Shown: positions 47,030 through 63,350 of the stretch, in pieces | Numbering within the stretch: the first letter of the stretch is position 1 | How the letters are laid out: every line of letters starts with the position of its first letter | DNA from: the human T2T-CHM13v2.0 reference genome, Homo sapiens | NCBI RefSeq assembly: GCF_009914755.1 | Contig: NC_060936.1 | Reading direction: 5' to 3' (one strand) | DNA: 64,000 bases | Translations under genes and position numbers: made by a program | The notes under the pieces: generated by a model | What the model saw: the letters and a program-made list of their open reading frames with translations, nothing else | What the model was told of the DNA's origin: nothing | Database searches by the model: none

Positions 47030-47830
47030 TTACAAAGTCTTTGTATAGTTTTGGTATTAGGGTAATGCTGGCCTCATAAAATAAGTTAGAAAGTGTTCCC
47101 TCTGCTTCTATTTTCTGGAAAAGATTGTACAGAATTGGTATCATTTCTTCTTTAAATGCTTGACAGAATAAACCAGTGAGACCATCTGGGCCTGTTGCTT
47201 TCTGTTTTAGGTTATTCATTATTGATTCAATTTCTTTAATAGTATAGGCCTATTTTGATGACCAATTTCTCCTTGTTGAGTTTTGGTAGGGTATGTCTTT
47301 CCAGGAATTTCATCTAAGTTAGCAAATTAGCAGGCTTGGAGTTGTTCATATTTCTTTATTTTTCTTTTAATGTCCATGGGATTAGTAACGATGGGCCTCT
47401 CCTTCATTTCTGATATTGGTAATTTGTGTCTTCTCTCTCTCTTTTTTCTTGGTTAGCCTTGCTGGGCTTGGTTAGCCTAGCCTTATTAATTTTATAGATC
47501 TATTTTATTGACTCTATTAATTTTTATTGATCTATTTAAAGAACCAGCTTTTGGTTTCACTGGTTTTTCTCTATCATTTTCTTACTTTCAATTTCATTGA
47601 TCTCTGCTCTAATTTTAAGTATTTTTTTTTTTTTGCTTATTTTGGATTTAATTTGTTCTTTTCTAGTTTCCTAAAGTGGAAGCTTAGATTATTGATTTTA
47701 GATCTTAATCAATATATGCATTTTAATGCTATAAATTTCTCTGTAAACACTGCTTTTGTCACATCCCATAAATTTTGATAAATTGTATTTTCATTTCCCT
47801 TTAGTTCATTTTCACTTAGTTCTTTAAGTA
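47030..47830 (-). mobile_element. L1M ORF2 fragment
   Basis: ORF 47004-47219, GPDGLTG..FYEASITLIPK. Confidence 0.85.
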
Positions 47831-48674
47831 GTCACCTCTATGTCTTCTATTTGCATTATGTGTAACCTTTTAGAAACCTTTGTGATGTAAGATATGTTAT
47901 ATTCCTATATTTCTCTAAATCAAAGTTAATCTCTTCTAAGCTCACAACTCTCCCGGCTGATGTGAAATTCATCTGGTCTATGTTTGAGAATACTCCTTCC
48001 TCCAGGATCGTGCGCAAACCTCAGGATCATGTTCAACTTTGAATTGGTCCCTTCAAAGTGAACAACTCAGCCACAGTCCAGCATGGACATCTTACCCCAG
48101 GGTTTTCAAGGCCATGGTTCTTAGTATCTTCCTGTCCTTGTCTCAGAGCTACATCATTAGAGATCTGTCACTCCTCTAGAAGCTCTTTATTAGTGCTGGT
48201 TCAATACTCACAGAACCTCCCAGACTCATCCCATTCCCAATTCTACAAGCATTGCCCTTCACCTCCAACACCTTTGAGATGATGCAATATAACCGTTTCA
48301 AAGAGAGGTCGAAAACAAAAATCCTATGTGAGAGTTATCTTTATTTAGAGACAGAAAAATTGCAGCTTTTGTCCCAGCAAGTGAACAAGAGTTTCCGCCC
48401 TCTTGGGATGGAAAAGAAAATGAAAAAGCAATAGAAGCAAGAAAAAAGCACACATAAATACCTTGATCAGTTATCCTTTCATCTTAATGCTCCTACAATT
48501 ATTGCAAAACAATCATTTATGAACTCAAACTGGGGACGGTAACAAATTTGTTATGGGCTGGGCACTTGCCATGCTGTGTAAAACCTGGGTAGATTCATGT
48601 CTCAAGATAATTTTTAAAAATGTAAACTTCCTACTAAAAGGACAGCATAAGGCAGTGGTTAAGAGCACAGAGTC

Positions 48675-49006
<332 letters not shown>

Positions 49007-49103
49007 TCACATCTAAACTCTACCATTTGCTCTCTGCAGGACCTTGAGCAAATTAACTTCTTTGTAACTCAGTCTCCTCTTTGGTAAGAAAGAGATAATA
49101 GTA

Positions 49104-49312
49104 TGTGATGTTCCCCTTCCTGTGTGCATGTGTTCTCATTGTTCAATTCCCACCTATGAGTGAGAACATATGGTGTTTGGTTTTTTGTCCTTGCGATCGT
49201 TTGCTGAGAATGATGGTTTCCAGCTTCATCCATGTCCCTACAAAGGACATGAACTCATCATTTTTTATGGCTGTATATTATCCCTAAAACTTAAAGTATA
49301 ATAATAAAAAAA
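49104..49312 (+). mobile_element. 209-bp 5'-inverted L1PA (PA2/PA3-like) insertion
   Basis: Antisense L1 3' segment followed by sense ccctaaaacttaaagtataataat-A tail; perfect 18-bp TSD aagaaagagataatagta (49086-49103, 49313-49330). Confidence 0.93.
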
Positions 49313-49711
49313 AAGAAAGAGATAATAGTAGTATCTGCCTCATTGGATTGTTATGAATAGGAAATGAATTGCCATTTACCATTTTAGAACAGTGCCTGGC
49401 ACAAAATAAGTGCTGTATAAGCGGAGACAGACCTAGAAGCTGTCTCTATTTAGGTCATCTTGAATGGAAGGATCTCTAGTTACTCACCTCTGTGTGTTTG
49501 CTGCTATTTTAAAAGCCTGTAGACCCTTAAAGTTTTACAACATCAACCAATATTTTATTGATTGCAAAGTAATGGGTGGCCTACTACCAGTGGCTATCAG
49601 TATCAGTCACTGGAGTCTGGCACGTGCATGTGTATGTACACATATATGTGTATGACTTGAGAATAGGGTGTGGTATGTGGCTTCTACCAGTATAAAGAAG
49701 CATGAGAAGTG

Positions 49712-49813
49712 CCTGAACTCAGGAAGCAGAGGTTGCAGTGAGCTGAGATCACGCCACTGCACTTCAGCCTGGGCAACAGAGTGAGGCTCCATCTGGGAAA
49801 GAAAAAAAAAAAA
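49712..49813 (+). mobile_element. 5'-truncated Alu right-arm piece
   Basis: gaggttgcagtgagctgagatc...A tail. Confidence 0.85.
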
Positions 49814-52602
49814 GAGGCAGAAAAGCAGTGTGCAATATTCTGCAGAATCGAGGAATCCATGTAAAAGTACCATCCTATAGCTATTTTCTTGCTACCCCAG
49901 GGATCCCATTGGTGCTACACATTCCCCAGATGGCAATGCCAACCCTGTCTACTTATCCTGTATTACCAGCAAGGCTCTGTTCCTCAGTGAATTTCCTTTC
50001 CATTCATTTTCAAATGACTTTTCTGATATGAGCATTGTTGAATATGCACAAGAAAGAGGCAGAGGTATGTGTATGGATAGATTTGCATAAGTATAAATAC
50101 AGTATATGTACCCATATTTAAATGATATAATGATAATATTGTGTTGCTATTCAGAGTGAAAGCTAATTAATTCAGCTATTGAGATGATAATGATTTCTTT
50201 TTCAGTTAATACCAGAGTCAAAAAACCCTGCAGAATGGTTCTACGCACTGTTCCTTTGACTCATCTTGGAAGAAAGACCTTTATTCTGTTAACTATTAAG
50301 CTGTCTATCAGTATCTATGACAGTTTTAAAGGAAATCATTCCTGGGAGGGGTAGAAGATTATTAGTAGGAAGGCTGACTCATGTAGGCTCAAGTGGACAT
50401 TGAGGTCATGATTTGGTACCAGGAAAGAAAAAGTCCTCTTTTTGCTTTTAGTCTCTTAAAATGCATGCTTTGGTATTTGCACTCTCAATATCAACACTGA
50501 TCTGCAGCACAAAGTCTTTTTTTAGACTTTATTTGGTTGGATTTGACATTTAGAAAAATGTTAAGATCTTTCCTACTGAAATTTACACCAGCTGAAAAAT
50601 TCACAAGCAAGTCCATGACTTTCTTAACCTTGACATCTCTAACTTTTCCTTCAGCCTCTGTTTTCATATTTCATGAGTTACCAAAACCTGATGTTCTCTC
50701 TGTTTCCTCCTTTCTCTTCTGTCCCACTTTAGTTCAGGCATTGGTAGCCTCTCAGTTGTATTATGGCAATAGTCTCCTCTCTCTAGTCTCCAATACGCGT
50801 TCCACCTTTACCTTGCTCCGAGGAGCTTCCCAACATACAGGTTAGGTCATACTGTCCCCTGTCAAAGCCTTTAATGGCTTCCCTCTTTCAACATGGTAAA
50901 GACTCAACTCCTTTGCTTGGCATTCAAGGACACTTAATCACATTCTGTTCCTGTTACAACTGCTTACCCATCTCCCACTAATTCTCTCCATACTCTACCC
51001 AACCGCCACCAAGATGGAGTATCTACCCTTTCTTGGAATTTTCATAACACCCTGTGTTTGCTCATTTTTCCGAATGTCTTTCCTCCCTCATGGTCCATGT
51101 TTCTAAAACCTTACTTATTCTTCAAAGCCCAGATCAAATTCTATTTCCTTCATGGACCCCTCCCTGATTCTGGCTACTCTTAATTAATCAGGTTCACTCC
51201 CAGTCTATACAATGCCTTTTCTTCGGGGCGCTTGACTTCTAGCAGTTGGGAAATCCTCATATTATACTTATCTTGCTAGAACAATTTTTAAGTGCCTTCT
51301 GCTGGAAAATTGTCATAAGAAATATGCAGCTCTACATGGGTGCAGTGTAATTGCTGCCTCTCCTCCTTAAATGTGGCACAATCTTTACAAGCATATGGTG
51401 TGGACCTGCTTCTACATTTCAATAATTTATTCCTTGTTTAGCTATCTCATCACTCATATTTTATATTATGCTGTAAATTTACTTCTGTTTATTCCAACTA
51501 AGTATGCAACTCTGAAGACAAGGAATGTCTTATTCATCTTGGTATTTCCCAGGTCAGAGAATGCAGCTTTCAGATAGTTGGTACTTAACAGTAAACTATT
51601 TTACTCTCTTGTAACCCAAGGGTGGCAATTGCAAGATAGTAAAGAGTACAGGCTTTAGTGCATGACTGCCTGGGTTTGAACCTTCCTAGCCAACTACTAA
51701 CCATGTGATCATGGCCAAGATACTTAAACTCTCTGTACCTTTTTTTCTTCATCTATAATATGGGGACAAATAATACTATCTTCATCATAAAATTGATATA
51801 AGAATTACATCAGTAAATGGAGGTAAAGTAGCTCAAACAATAGCTACTAGGTGCTTAATAAATGTTAGATATTATTCCAACAGTCTGTTAAAATAGGAAG
51901 GACTCCTCTCAATTTTGACAGAGACATGAAGACACTAGATGCTACATTCCAAGGTGAGCCCATCTGGCAGAAATTTCACAGTGGATATTCAAGAACCAGT
52001 TAAACATCTCACTTATTTTGAGGGAATGAAGAGATCAGGAGTTGGAAATTATAGAGAGGTCTTATAAAGATTTTGGAGCATGTGACTAGTGTGCTGTGTG
52101 AATCTTACATCCCTACTGCAAAGGAGAATGTTGGAAATGGGAGTGTCTGTCCCTCGGGCCACCACTGGAACGTGTAGTAACTTTGTGAGAATTGGAAAAT
52201 GGTGTCCCCTCATGCCCCCAAAATGTATACTAAAGAGGTCCTGTTGCCCCAAGCCCAATGAAAGAGTCTTCAAGACGATCACTTGAGTAGGTTGACATGT
52301 ATCCCCTGAAGCTGACAGACATGGGGACTTTGTGTCTCACTTTCACCCGAGAAGTTGAAAGGCAGGAAGCCGGGTGGCTGACTGCTCATGGATAAATGGG
52401 AGAGATTTCTCTGCTCCACAGAGATTGTTAGATCAGAGAAAGCCATTATGGGGTTATCTTAGGTCCATGTGAAGAGAACCACATAGAGTGACCTCAGTGT
52501 AAAAATTGTGGAGTGAATCGCCAGATTCCTAGATGTTGAAGGAGACACATACCATGGGCTAGAATAGATATGTATTTGCCCTCATCAAAAAAGTTCAGAT
52601 GA

Positions 52603-52898
52603 GGCTGGGCGTGGTGGCTCATGCCTGTAATCCCAGCACTTTGGGAGGCTGAGGCGGGCAGATCACTTAAGGTCAGGAGTTTGAGACCAGCCTGGCCAAC
52701 ATGGTGAAACCCCATCTCTACTAAAAATACAAAAATTAGTCGGCCGCGGTGGGCGGCGCCTGTCATCCTAGCTGCTCCAGAGGGTGAGGCAGGAGAATCC
52801 ATTGAACCTGGGAGGCAGAGACTGCATGAGCTGAGATTGTGCCACTGCACTCCAGCCTGGGCGACAGAACAAGACTCTGTCTCAAAAAAACAAAAAAC
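52603..52898 (+). mobile_element. AluS
   Basis: TSD aaagttcagatga. Confidence 0.93.
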
Positions 52899-53886
52899 AA
52901 AGTTCAGATGAAAGTATCCCGAAGATGAGAGGTCTCTAAACAACCCAACCCAATGGAGAAAGAGACAACTTTGAAAACTTGCTATGCACAAACCAGCTTA
53001 CAGAAATACTAGGCGAGTAACTGCCTTCCTGTCATTTCTTCTCTTACCTCTCACAATCCTCTCCTGAATTCAACACTGCCTCCTTGACTCTGAAAGTGTC
53101 AGGAACTGTGGTTAGTCAGATGGAGGAGAAAGCAGAAAGTGGGGAAATGGAGCAGCAGAGTTGAAGTCGGTTACCTCCCTTCTTCACTCTAGGCATCTTA
53201 CCTGTTAACAGGCTGCAGCTGTGCTATACCTTCTCGGGGGAGATGGTTGCTTTTAGCTCAAGGTTGGCATTTTTATTATTATGCCAGGCTGGCATATAAA
53301 GTACTGAATTGAAACCTTGAATGCGATTTTCTCCCTGAATGCCTGGTTAACAGCAACTCACTTTCCAAAACTTAGCTCAGTGCTCACTCCCTATCCTGAC
53401 CTCTTCATCCCAAACTGAGGAATCTGTGTGTCTGCTCTGCCGCAGTGCAGCTTTTAGAGCCCAGGCAACATGTAATTTCACTTGTTTAGTTGTTTGTGCG
53501 TCTTTGTCCTCAGCCAGCCTTTAAACTCTTGGAGCCCAGGGGTGAATTGTTTGCCTTTGTACCCTCTGCACTTAGTGCTCACTGGCATAGAATTGTCCCC
53601 CAATAAAGATCTATGAAAGTAATTTGTCTTAGAAAACAAATTCACATTTTTCCTAAGAGAGGCTATAATTCAAATTTGTCTTTATTTCTGAGAGATAAAT
53701 TAAAAACAACAGGCTTCTCAACAACACAATGTCACATAAAGTATTTGTCACTGGTGTGCTCAAGGATGGCCTGGGTGCTCTCCAGCAGTTGGTGAGAAAA
53801 TGTCCTGGCATCTCTCAATCCAAACCTGTTTTTTTCCTGAGAAGCTGTGAGAGGACTTTTTACACTTTTCAGTGTTTCTCCCACAG

Positions 53887-54039
53887 GTTTCTTCAGGAGA
53901 AGCATTACCAAAAACGCTGTGTACAAGTGTAAAAACGGGGGCAACTGTGTGATGGATATGTACATGCGAAGAAAGTGTCAAGAGTGTCGACTAAGGAAAT
54001 GCAAAGAGATGGGAATGTTGGCTGAATGTATGTATACAG
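53887..54039 (+). CDS. NR1H4: NR1H4 exon: second zinc finger ([47 protein letters not shown][MYTG]); alternative donors after 54027 and 54039
   Basis: Acceptor ccacag|GT; donors T|gtatgt and G|gtattc 12 nt apart give the known +/-MYTG isoforms. Confidence 0.98.
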
Positions 54040-55322
54040 GTATTCACTTCAAGCAATTACATTTCACTAAAAATCTCTTAAGGAGGCAGATGTCAGGTAA
54101 CTCATCACGAGAGTGCTACTTCACATATTAAAGAAGGAACCTACTAAGCCATCTAAGTTCTTGAAAAGGGTAATGAACCACTGAAATTGTCCAAACTGTC
54201 AACTAAAGAGCATTTTAGTCACCCGAAAGAAATGGGTTTTTTTTGTTGTTTTTCTTTGTCGCAGTGAACTATACATGGAGCCCAGTGGCATTAACATACC
54301 ATTCAAATAATGTGCTTTAATGAGCTACGAATGACATCTAAAAGTTTCCTCTAAATTTGATTTTAATATACTTATTATTTATTGCTTAATTAGCATACAA
54401 ATTCACTATTGTGGAAAAAAATGAGAATGCTTTATAAGGTATAACTGCCTCTGAATTGTCTAAATAGAGTTCTAAACCAAGTCATTTTATTAAGGATCTG
54501 TCTTCTCTTAGTGCAGCTTTGAACCAATTTGTATAGGTTTACACAGGAAATTAACTACTCCCAGTTTTAATATAATTTTGTCTTTCTATCTGATAAAGAG
54601 ACACTGTATTAACTGCTGGCTTTGTGAGGAACTGTAATCTTCATCAAAAATTGGAATGCATGCTAGTATATAACATAATTAATTTTTCATTCTGCAAATT
54701 CTACAGACCACTCAGATTCTGAGATATGTCCTGTTTCTCCTCAAAACACAAATAGACAAATGTCACCAAGGGGATGACAGCATTCAGGCAGGGAATGCCA
54801 AATGAAATAAAAGCCTTCAGAAGGTGACTCCAGTTCTATTGTTACCAAACTGTACGGGCAACTGGGATGGACCCAGGGAAATAATGCATGCAGGTTGGGG
54901 GAAAATAGGTCTGTGTAAATAATCCAGCTCTGGGTGGATGAAAATTTTATAGTAGCTGATCACAATCTCATCTTAGCATACATGAAATGAGAACCTGCAA
55001 TAGGGGCTGCTGCTGGAATCCAATCTTGCAATGGAAACACTTACTCTGACACTGCACAGCTCATATAGCTCATCACTTAAATATGAACTTGTTCCAGCTG
55101 GAGCGCTGAGGACATTTTGCATGAAGCCACATATAGCAGTCTATAATATTTATGAACACAAACTCATCCAGTAACAGATGCGGATATTTCATGGTTCTAT
55201 AAAATAAATTCCCTGTACAAAGAAATTCCTGGAACTTTGTTTTATTGGCATTGAGAAAAGAGTAAGGACGTTAAATGGGATGAAGGGAAGATTGTTTTAC
55301 ATTATTTTTAATAGCTCTCTTT

Positions 55323-55621
<299 letters not shown>

Positions 55622-56287
55622 TTAATAGCTCTCTTTAAGTGTAAATCAATGAGGTTGATTGTATGATCATTCAAAGACATTTTAAAAGTCACCTTGTATT
55701 ATTTTTATTTTTAACTGTATTCTCAGGAATTGGCACTGTTCTTAAAATTAACAGGATTTTAAAAATTTCCCTAAAGGATGTTAACATTTGTTTTTCTCAA
55801 TAAGTTTATATGTATTTAATGTGAAATTCAATATCCTTCTTCTGGTACAGTATGTAAACATGGATGAAAATAATATTAATGGCATGTTTTAAAACACCAA
55901 TTTTCACAGTCCCCTAGAGCAGGAACAGGGAGAGTGTCATTCACCTTTTCATTGACTGAATCCCTTGCATTTGTACAATGCTTTCATATCACAAGTTCTT
56001 TATATAAAGCTCATTTAAAAATGATTATTGCTTTTATTTTGTGTAGATTATTGCTTTTAATCTACACAAAACTCTATGAGGTAGATATTATTCCCATTTT
56101 ACAAATGAGGAAACTGAGACTCACAGAGGTTAAACTACTTGTTCAAGGTTAAGTCTCAAACCTTGGCCTTCCCTTTCTAAAATGCATAAAAGGCTAGCGT
56201 TAGTTCTGTGCCATTGCATAGGGGATCTTCTGGGCCAGGTACATATCAGTGGTTTTATGACCACACACCCAACAGTACTTTCTGTGA

Positions 56288-56500
<213 letters not shown>

Positions 56501-57621
56501 TAGGTACATAGTGAGCTGGCCAGGAGGCTTTCAAATTAAAGCCACAGGCACAGCTGAATTTCTAGTCCAATTGTTCATTAAAATGGATTCCTAATACATG
56601 CTTTGATGTAAACATTCAAATAGTAGCAATGCATAAACTAAAAAGTGAAAGTTTTCCTTCTCTCTGACTCCATTCCAGTCCTACTACCTAGTGTTTGCCA
56701 GCAGAAATGATTTGGTGTATAAAATGGATTTTTTCCAACTGAGTATTGATGACCATTTTTTCCCTCTTTTTGAGAAGACAGTCTCAAACTGGGAAGAACA
56801 TGGTCTCAATAGAGGCTGTGGATTAATCCTTATAAATGAGTAAAACAGGGTGAATACACGTATGTGGATGAATAGAGAAAAGTCCTACCCACTGGGGTTA
56901 CAAATTTCTCAAGAAATCCATTGAGCAACTTAGGACAAAATAGGGGAACAGCATCCAAGGTGTTTAGACACACACATTGTGATAATGCACAGGACATTTG
57001 ATGGAATTTTATTTTGCCATTAGCTGAAAAACCAGTAAGCTATGATTGTCCAAACCACACCCTTCTCAATATTTATTACATTATTGACAAAGAAAACTTT
57101 ATCCACATTTAGTTTTACAAATACGTATTTTTGTATTTATTTAAGAAAAAGTATTTTATATGAAAGCATTATTTTGCCATAGTGCTTCATCAGTAACACT
57201 TTGGTATAAGAAAACAAAGAGTTGACATAATTATTCACACTCTTCAAAAGATGCTGTAGAGGGAGAAAGAGATGTTTGGGGTCTGAATTGTCCAGATTGT
57301 TGACTCTCTATTTTAGGGGTTGACAAACTTTTTTTCTTTAAAGGGCTTTGGCCACATGGTATCTACAACAGCTACTCAACTCTGCCATTTTAGTGCAAAA
57401 GTAGCAGAGACAATACATAAACAAATGAGTGTGACTGTGTTCCAATAAAACTTTATAAAATCCAATGGATTTGGTCCATGGGCCACAGTTTGTTGATCCC
57501 TCCTCCACATGAATACTCTCAGATGACTTCACCAGGTGGAATTCATGTAGAATAGTATATGAATATAGTATTCATAGTAGTCATACTATATGAAAACCTT
57601 TCATTAGTTATAATTAAAGCT

Positions 57622-57638
57622 TGAACTTTCAGTGACCT
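57622..57638 (-). promoter_or_regulatory. Candidate DR5 nuclear-receptor element (RARE-type) AGGTCA-ctgaa-AGTTCA
   Basis: + strand TGAACT ttcag TGACCT; two perfect RGKTCA half-sites; function untested. Confidence 0.45.
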
Positions 57639-57940
57639 TCAATATGAATGGGCTCAATAGTCTTCATATCCAGACTACCATTTATTCCTAAGAAATACAC
57701 AAGTGGAATATTTTGTTATTCATATTTTATAGATAGGAAAATTCAGTGAAATGTGATATGGCCTGCCTGAGGACCCAGAGAAAGAAATTATACACTCTCT
57801 TAGAACTCATAGTTCCTGCTGTATTTATGCCTTTTTTTTTTTATGATTTCTGCTATTAGGTCCCTCCAGATGAATGCACATATAGAAAGAAGGCTTTATA
57901 CACATCTTCCCTAACACCTTTTATTTTCTTGCCAGTGTAG

Positions 57941-58069
<129 letters not shown>

Positions 58070-58376
58070 TAAAGTTAATATTTTCTGGAGTTTTTATTGC
58101 CTTGGAGGTATAATTTATATGTGAATATGTTACTTTGAAATGATTAGAGCTGAGAATTCAAGTTAGACTTTTAAACTCTCAGCAACATTAAACAATTCAA
58201 GAGTATGAAGTCTCCCACCTATCTTGATAATGGTAATTGCCCTCCAAAGATCTGAGAAATAGTAAGATGGGTTTTCAAATTTTATCATCTAAACCTAGTT
58301 TTTCTTTAGTCTAATGGTTTTATATTATCATTTTCTTATCTACTTTTTAATCATTGGTTTTTTTCTTAAAATTTAG

Positions 58377-58484
<108 letters not shown>

Positions 58485-59121
58485 TAAATAATCAAAGTTA
58501 ATATTTATTGAGAGTTTAAATATGTGCCCACAGATTAGATTACCTATTTTACATACGGTGTTTTAATTTTCAAAACATTCCTGTGAGATCAGCTCTATTT
58601 TCACTATTACTTTGCCAAGTATTTTCACATGTACTTATTTCACTGCTATTCTCTACAATAGTCTTGTGACATTGAGAAAGGCAGGTCTGTTCTTTGTAAA
58701 ATGAAAATCATTTAATATCTGATTTAAAGTAACTGTCGAACTACTATAGACATAAGATATTAGAACTAGAAAGGATATTTAAAATAATGTATAATAATTC
58801 TTTCAAATCAATAGATTAAAAATTGAAACTTTGCAAAGTTGTCATTCACCCATTTATTCCTTCAATAAGCAATTGTTGATACCTACTCTATACTAAGTGC
58901 CTGGCTATTACCTTCAGGGAGAGTGATCAAAGGTGATAATAATAATGATAAATACACATACATACACATACACACGAAGTGCTGTTTGAACACAGAGGAA
59001 CTGGTTGCTAATTGTGTCTAGGAAAGATGGAGAGACTTCAGGGAGGATCATATTTGAGTTGAGTCTAAAAGAAAAAGAAGTTTTCCAGTTGGCATGGAGA
59101 AGCAGCAGCATTCCAAGTTGA

Positions 59122-59438
<317 letters not shown>

Positions 59439-62072
59439 GAGAAATCTGCTTGTTATAAGGCACTGAGGCATGAACAAGAATAGGATTATTTGAGATAGGA
59501 GAGAAAATTCAGTGTGGTTATAGTATAGTGTCTGTGGTGGGCTCCTAGGTTAGACAATAAGGTAAGTTGGTACCAGACTGATGAAGGCCTAACTAAGGAA
59601 TTTAATCTGTGTACCCTGGACAGTAAAGAGATTTCGGTGGTTTTTGTAGCAGAGGGAAATGAAGTTTTTGTTATACAGAAATGACTTAATCAGGTTCATG
59701 TAAGATGAATTTGAATGGAAAGGGTCTGGGGGCAGGGAAGATCAAGTAGTATGCTACTGCACAAGTCCAGGCAACAGGGCTTGAAATAAAGCAATAGCAG
59801 TGGGGAAGAGAAGAAGAAACAAAAAGAAGAGAGATTCAAAAATCGATAGGGCTTGAGGAACAGTTGTATGTGTAAGGTGAGGGAGAGGGACTTACTTATC
59901 CACACTCATTCTGATGGTGCCAGTATAGAAACTAGAATGTGGGAGTCTTCTTATATCCCAGCCTCAAATTCTTTTTGCCACATTATTAATGCTATCTAAG
60001 CTAATGGGTTTTAGTTGTTTCAGTGCTTATTAAAATATTGGTGTATTGAAATCCCGTAGTCTAGAAGAGTATAATAAATACCTTGTATAGCAGCATAATA
60101 CTATAATATTAAATTATAGAAGATAACTTCTGACATAGGATTTTAGTTAAACATGTTAATTTGCCTTCTTTTTGCCAGCATTATGCTATTATTTTATTAA
60201 ATGTGTCACAGATAGACATAAGCCTACATAAAACTCATAAAGTGTGAGGAGAAATTTCTCACTATCATTGAAACACTAATATGCTCTCATTTCTTTATTA
60301 ACAATGAAAGAGGAACTTAATTTACTATATGCTAATTAAACTGAAGGCAAGCTCAATAAAAAACTGGATTATATAAGAGTAAAAACTGTGGAGGAAAGAA
60401 CTGGAAAAAGGAGATATTTTTGGTTATTTATGGGAAGAGATTTTTTAAGTTCAAATGGTCAGTTGGTTTTGAATCAAGAAATAATTGAAGACAAATAAAA
60501 ACCTTATTCATAAGAAGGTAGCTTATCTGAAAGCAATAGCAATATCTTGGCATCTCTTAATTCCCAGTGCCTAGCCTCGTTCCTGAGGGAGCAAGTACAA
60601 TTAGTGTGTGTTCAATGAGTAAAGCAGAAGGAAAAAATTTAAAATATGGAAAGAAATAAAAGGCAAAAACCCTTGAGAAGGAAAAAAATTGACAATAATG
60701 ACAGAGATAGCATTATTACAAGTAGTAACAATAGGGATATAATACCAGTACTGAAGGGATATTTTGTGAAAAACTGAATTGAATCATTCCATTCAGTATT
60801 CATTGAGCACAACCTGTGCCAGGCACTGTCCAAGGTGCTGGAGTCCCTGAGGGCAATAAGACAGGGCCCCTTTCCTCAAAGAAGCTCTTAGATTCTCTCG
60901 GATGGTGGCTCAATTTTTAGCGTTGCTCTCTTCTCTATACTCCCTTTGCTATTTAGTTCTTCCCAAGCCATTTAGGCCCTGATGGTGTTATCTCTATTCA
61001 TGTGAGTGTATGTGCCAGCATGCACATGAGCTTGTGTTTTGTTTCCCATTCATTCATTCAATCTGTCAATTATCCAACAAATAATTCTTAGGTACCTATT
61101 ATGTGCCAGGAACTGGGGATACAAAAGTAAAGAAAAACAAGGCCTCTGCCCCCAAGAAATGTACACTCCAGTAGAGGTGGCAGACAATTAACAAATAAGC
61201 AAATAAATCTATAATATCATGTCGGGTGGTGATAAGTTCTATAAACTAAAATAAAGCAGGTAGAGACTAGTAGTGGTGGGGAGTGTATTTTAGATTGGGG
61301 AATGCTGGAGCAGAGGCTTGATTGCAGGAAGGAGCAGGGCATGGGGCATGGGGTTATCTGGGAAGAACATTAATCTCTGAGGCAAAAAGAGGCTTGTGTG
61401 TTCACAGCAGGGCCAGGTGGTCAGTGTGGCTGGAACACAAAGAGTAGAGGGAATGAGGAGTAGAAAATGAGTTCAGAGAAGCTGTTGGGACTGTACTATT
61501 TAAGCCTGGATAACAACTTTGAATTTTCCAGGGAGTGTTATATTCCATCAGGTTGGCAATTCTTACCATATTTTTCTGATTTTCCCCCACCCTGTGTGTC
61601 GCAGTGCTGAGTTCAGAGCAGATACATCAACATGACTTTGGTTGGCTGTTTTTGGGAAATACTACCCGTTCTTTAGCTTGACTAAAGACTCATGAGTTAG
61701 CCAAATATTCTGGGTGCATATAAAGTTTTCTTCTGGCTTGTAGATGCTTCCAATCTGCAGAGTTGACCCTGTCACATCAGGTGTGACTAACATAATGGCT
61801 CAAAGAAAATCTACCTGTGTCTAGTTTCTGAGGGTTTCTTCATCTGAATCAGTGTATCTATGCCATAATATATGTATCTACTTGGACTTGACATCTCCCT
61901 TTGCCCAGCTTGTTTAATAAATTCTGCTCAATGAAGATAAAAGCCTCTATTTTATTGGCGAGTACAAATGGACTCAACTAGACTACCCAATTTTAAACAA
62001 CTACAGAATCACTTGATGTAAATGTTTTATCAATGGCAATGATGGTGATCATGAAATATTGTTACTCCTTGA

Positions 62073-62252
<180 letters not shown>

Positions 62253-62700
62253 TGATTTGGCTAATGGTAAAAGAGTTTGTTTCTAGGAGTAAAATTGGTG
62301 TGCTTCATGAGGGTGGGGCTCTTGCCAATCTTATGCAATGTTATATGCCTGTTGTGCCTAGCATGAAGAATGGCTCTAAAAAGATATGTGTTAAATTGAT
62401 AAGACTTCTAGAGGCTTGGTTCAAATATCTCTGTTGTAATAACAAAGTAGCAAAACTACCCCTTTACTGCACTAAGATGAAGAGCCAAAGGAAGACTTTT
62501 TTAAAGATTGGAAAATTCATCTGATTTTGAACAACTAGCACAAAGGAGCTAGGATTCTTCAGCCAAGAAAAAGATTATTTAAAATCTTCTGGTATGTAAG
62601 ACTAAGTATCCAGCTATTATATATCTGTATCAAAATAAAATAAGAAGACATTTTAATAGCAACATTTATATGTCATTTACTAGGTCTCAGACACTTTTCT

Positions 62701-63350
<650 letters not shown>

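Noticed and set aside
52494-52991. 165-aa ORF and the many similar [13 protein letters not shown]-type ORFs
   Set aside because: Alu-derived reading frames, no evidence of being genes
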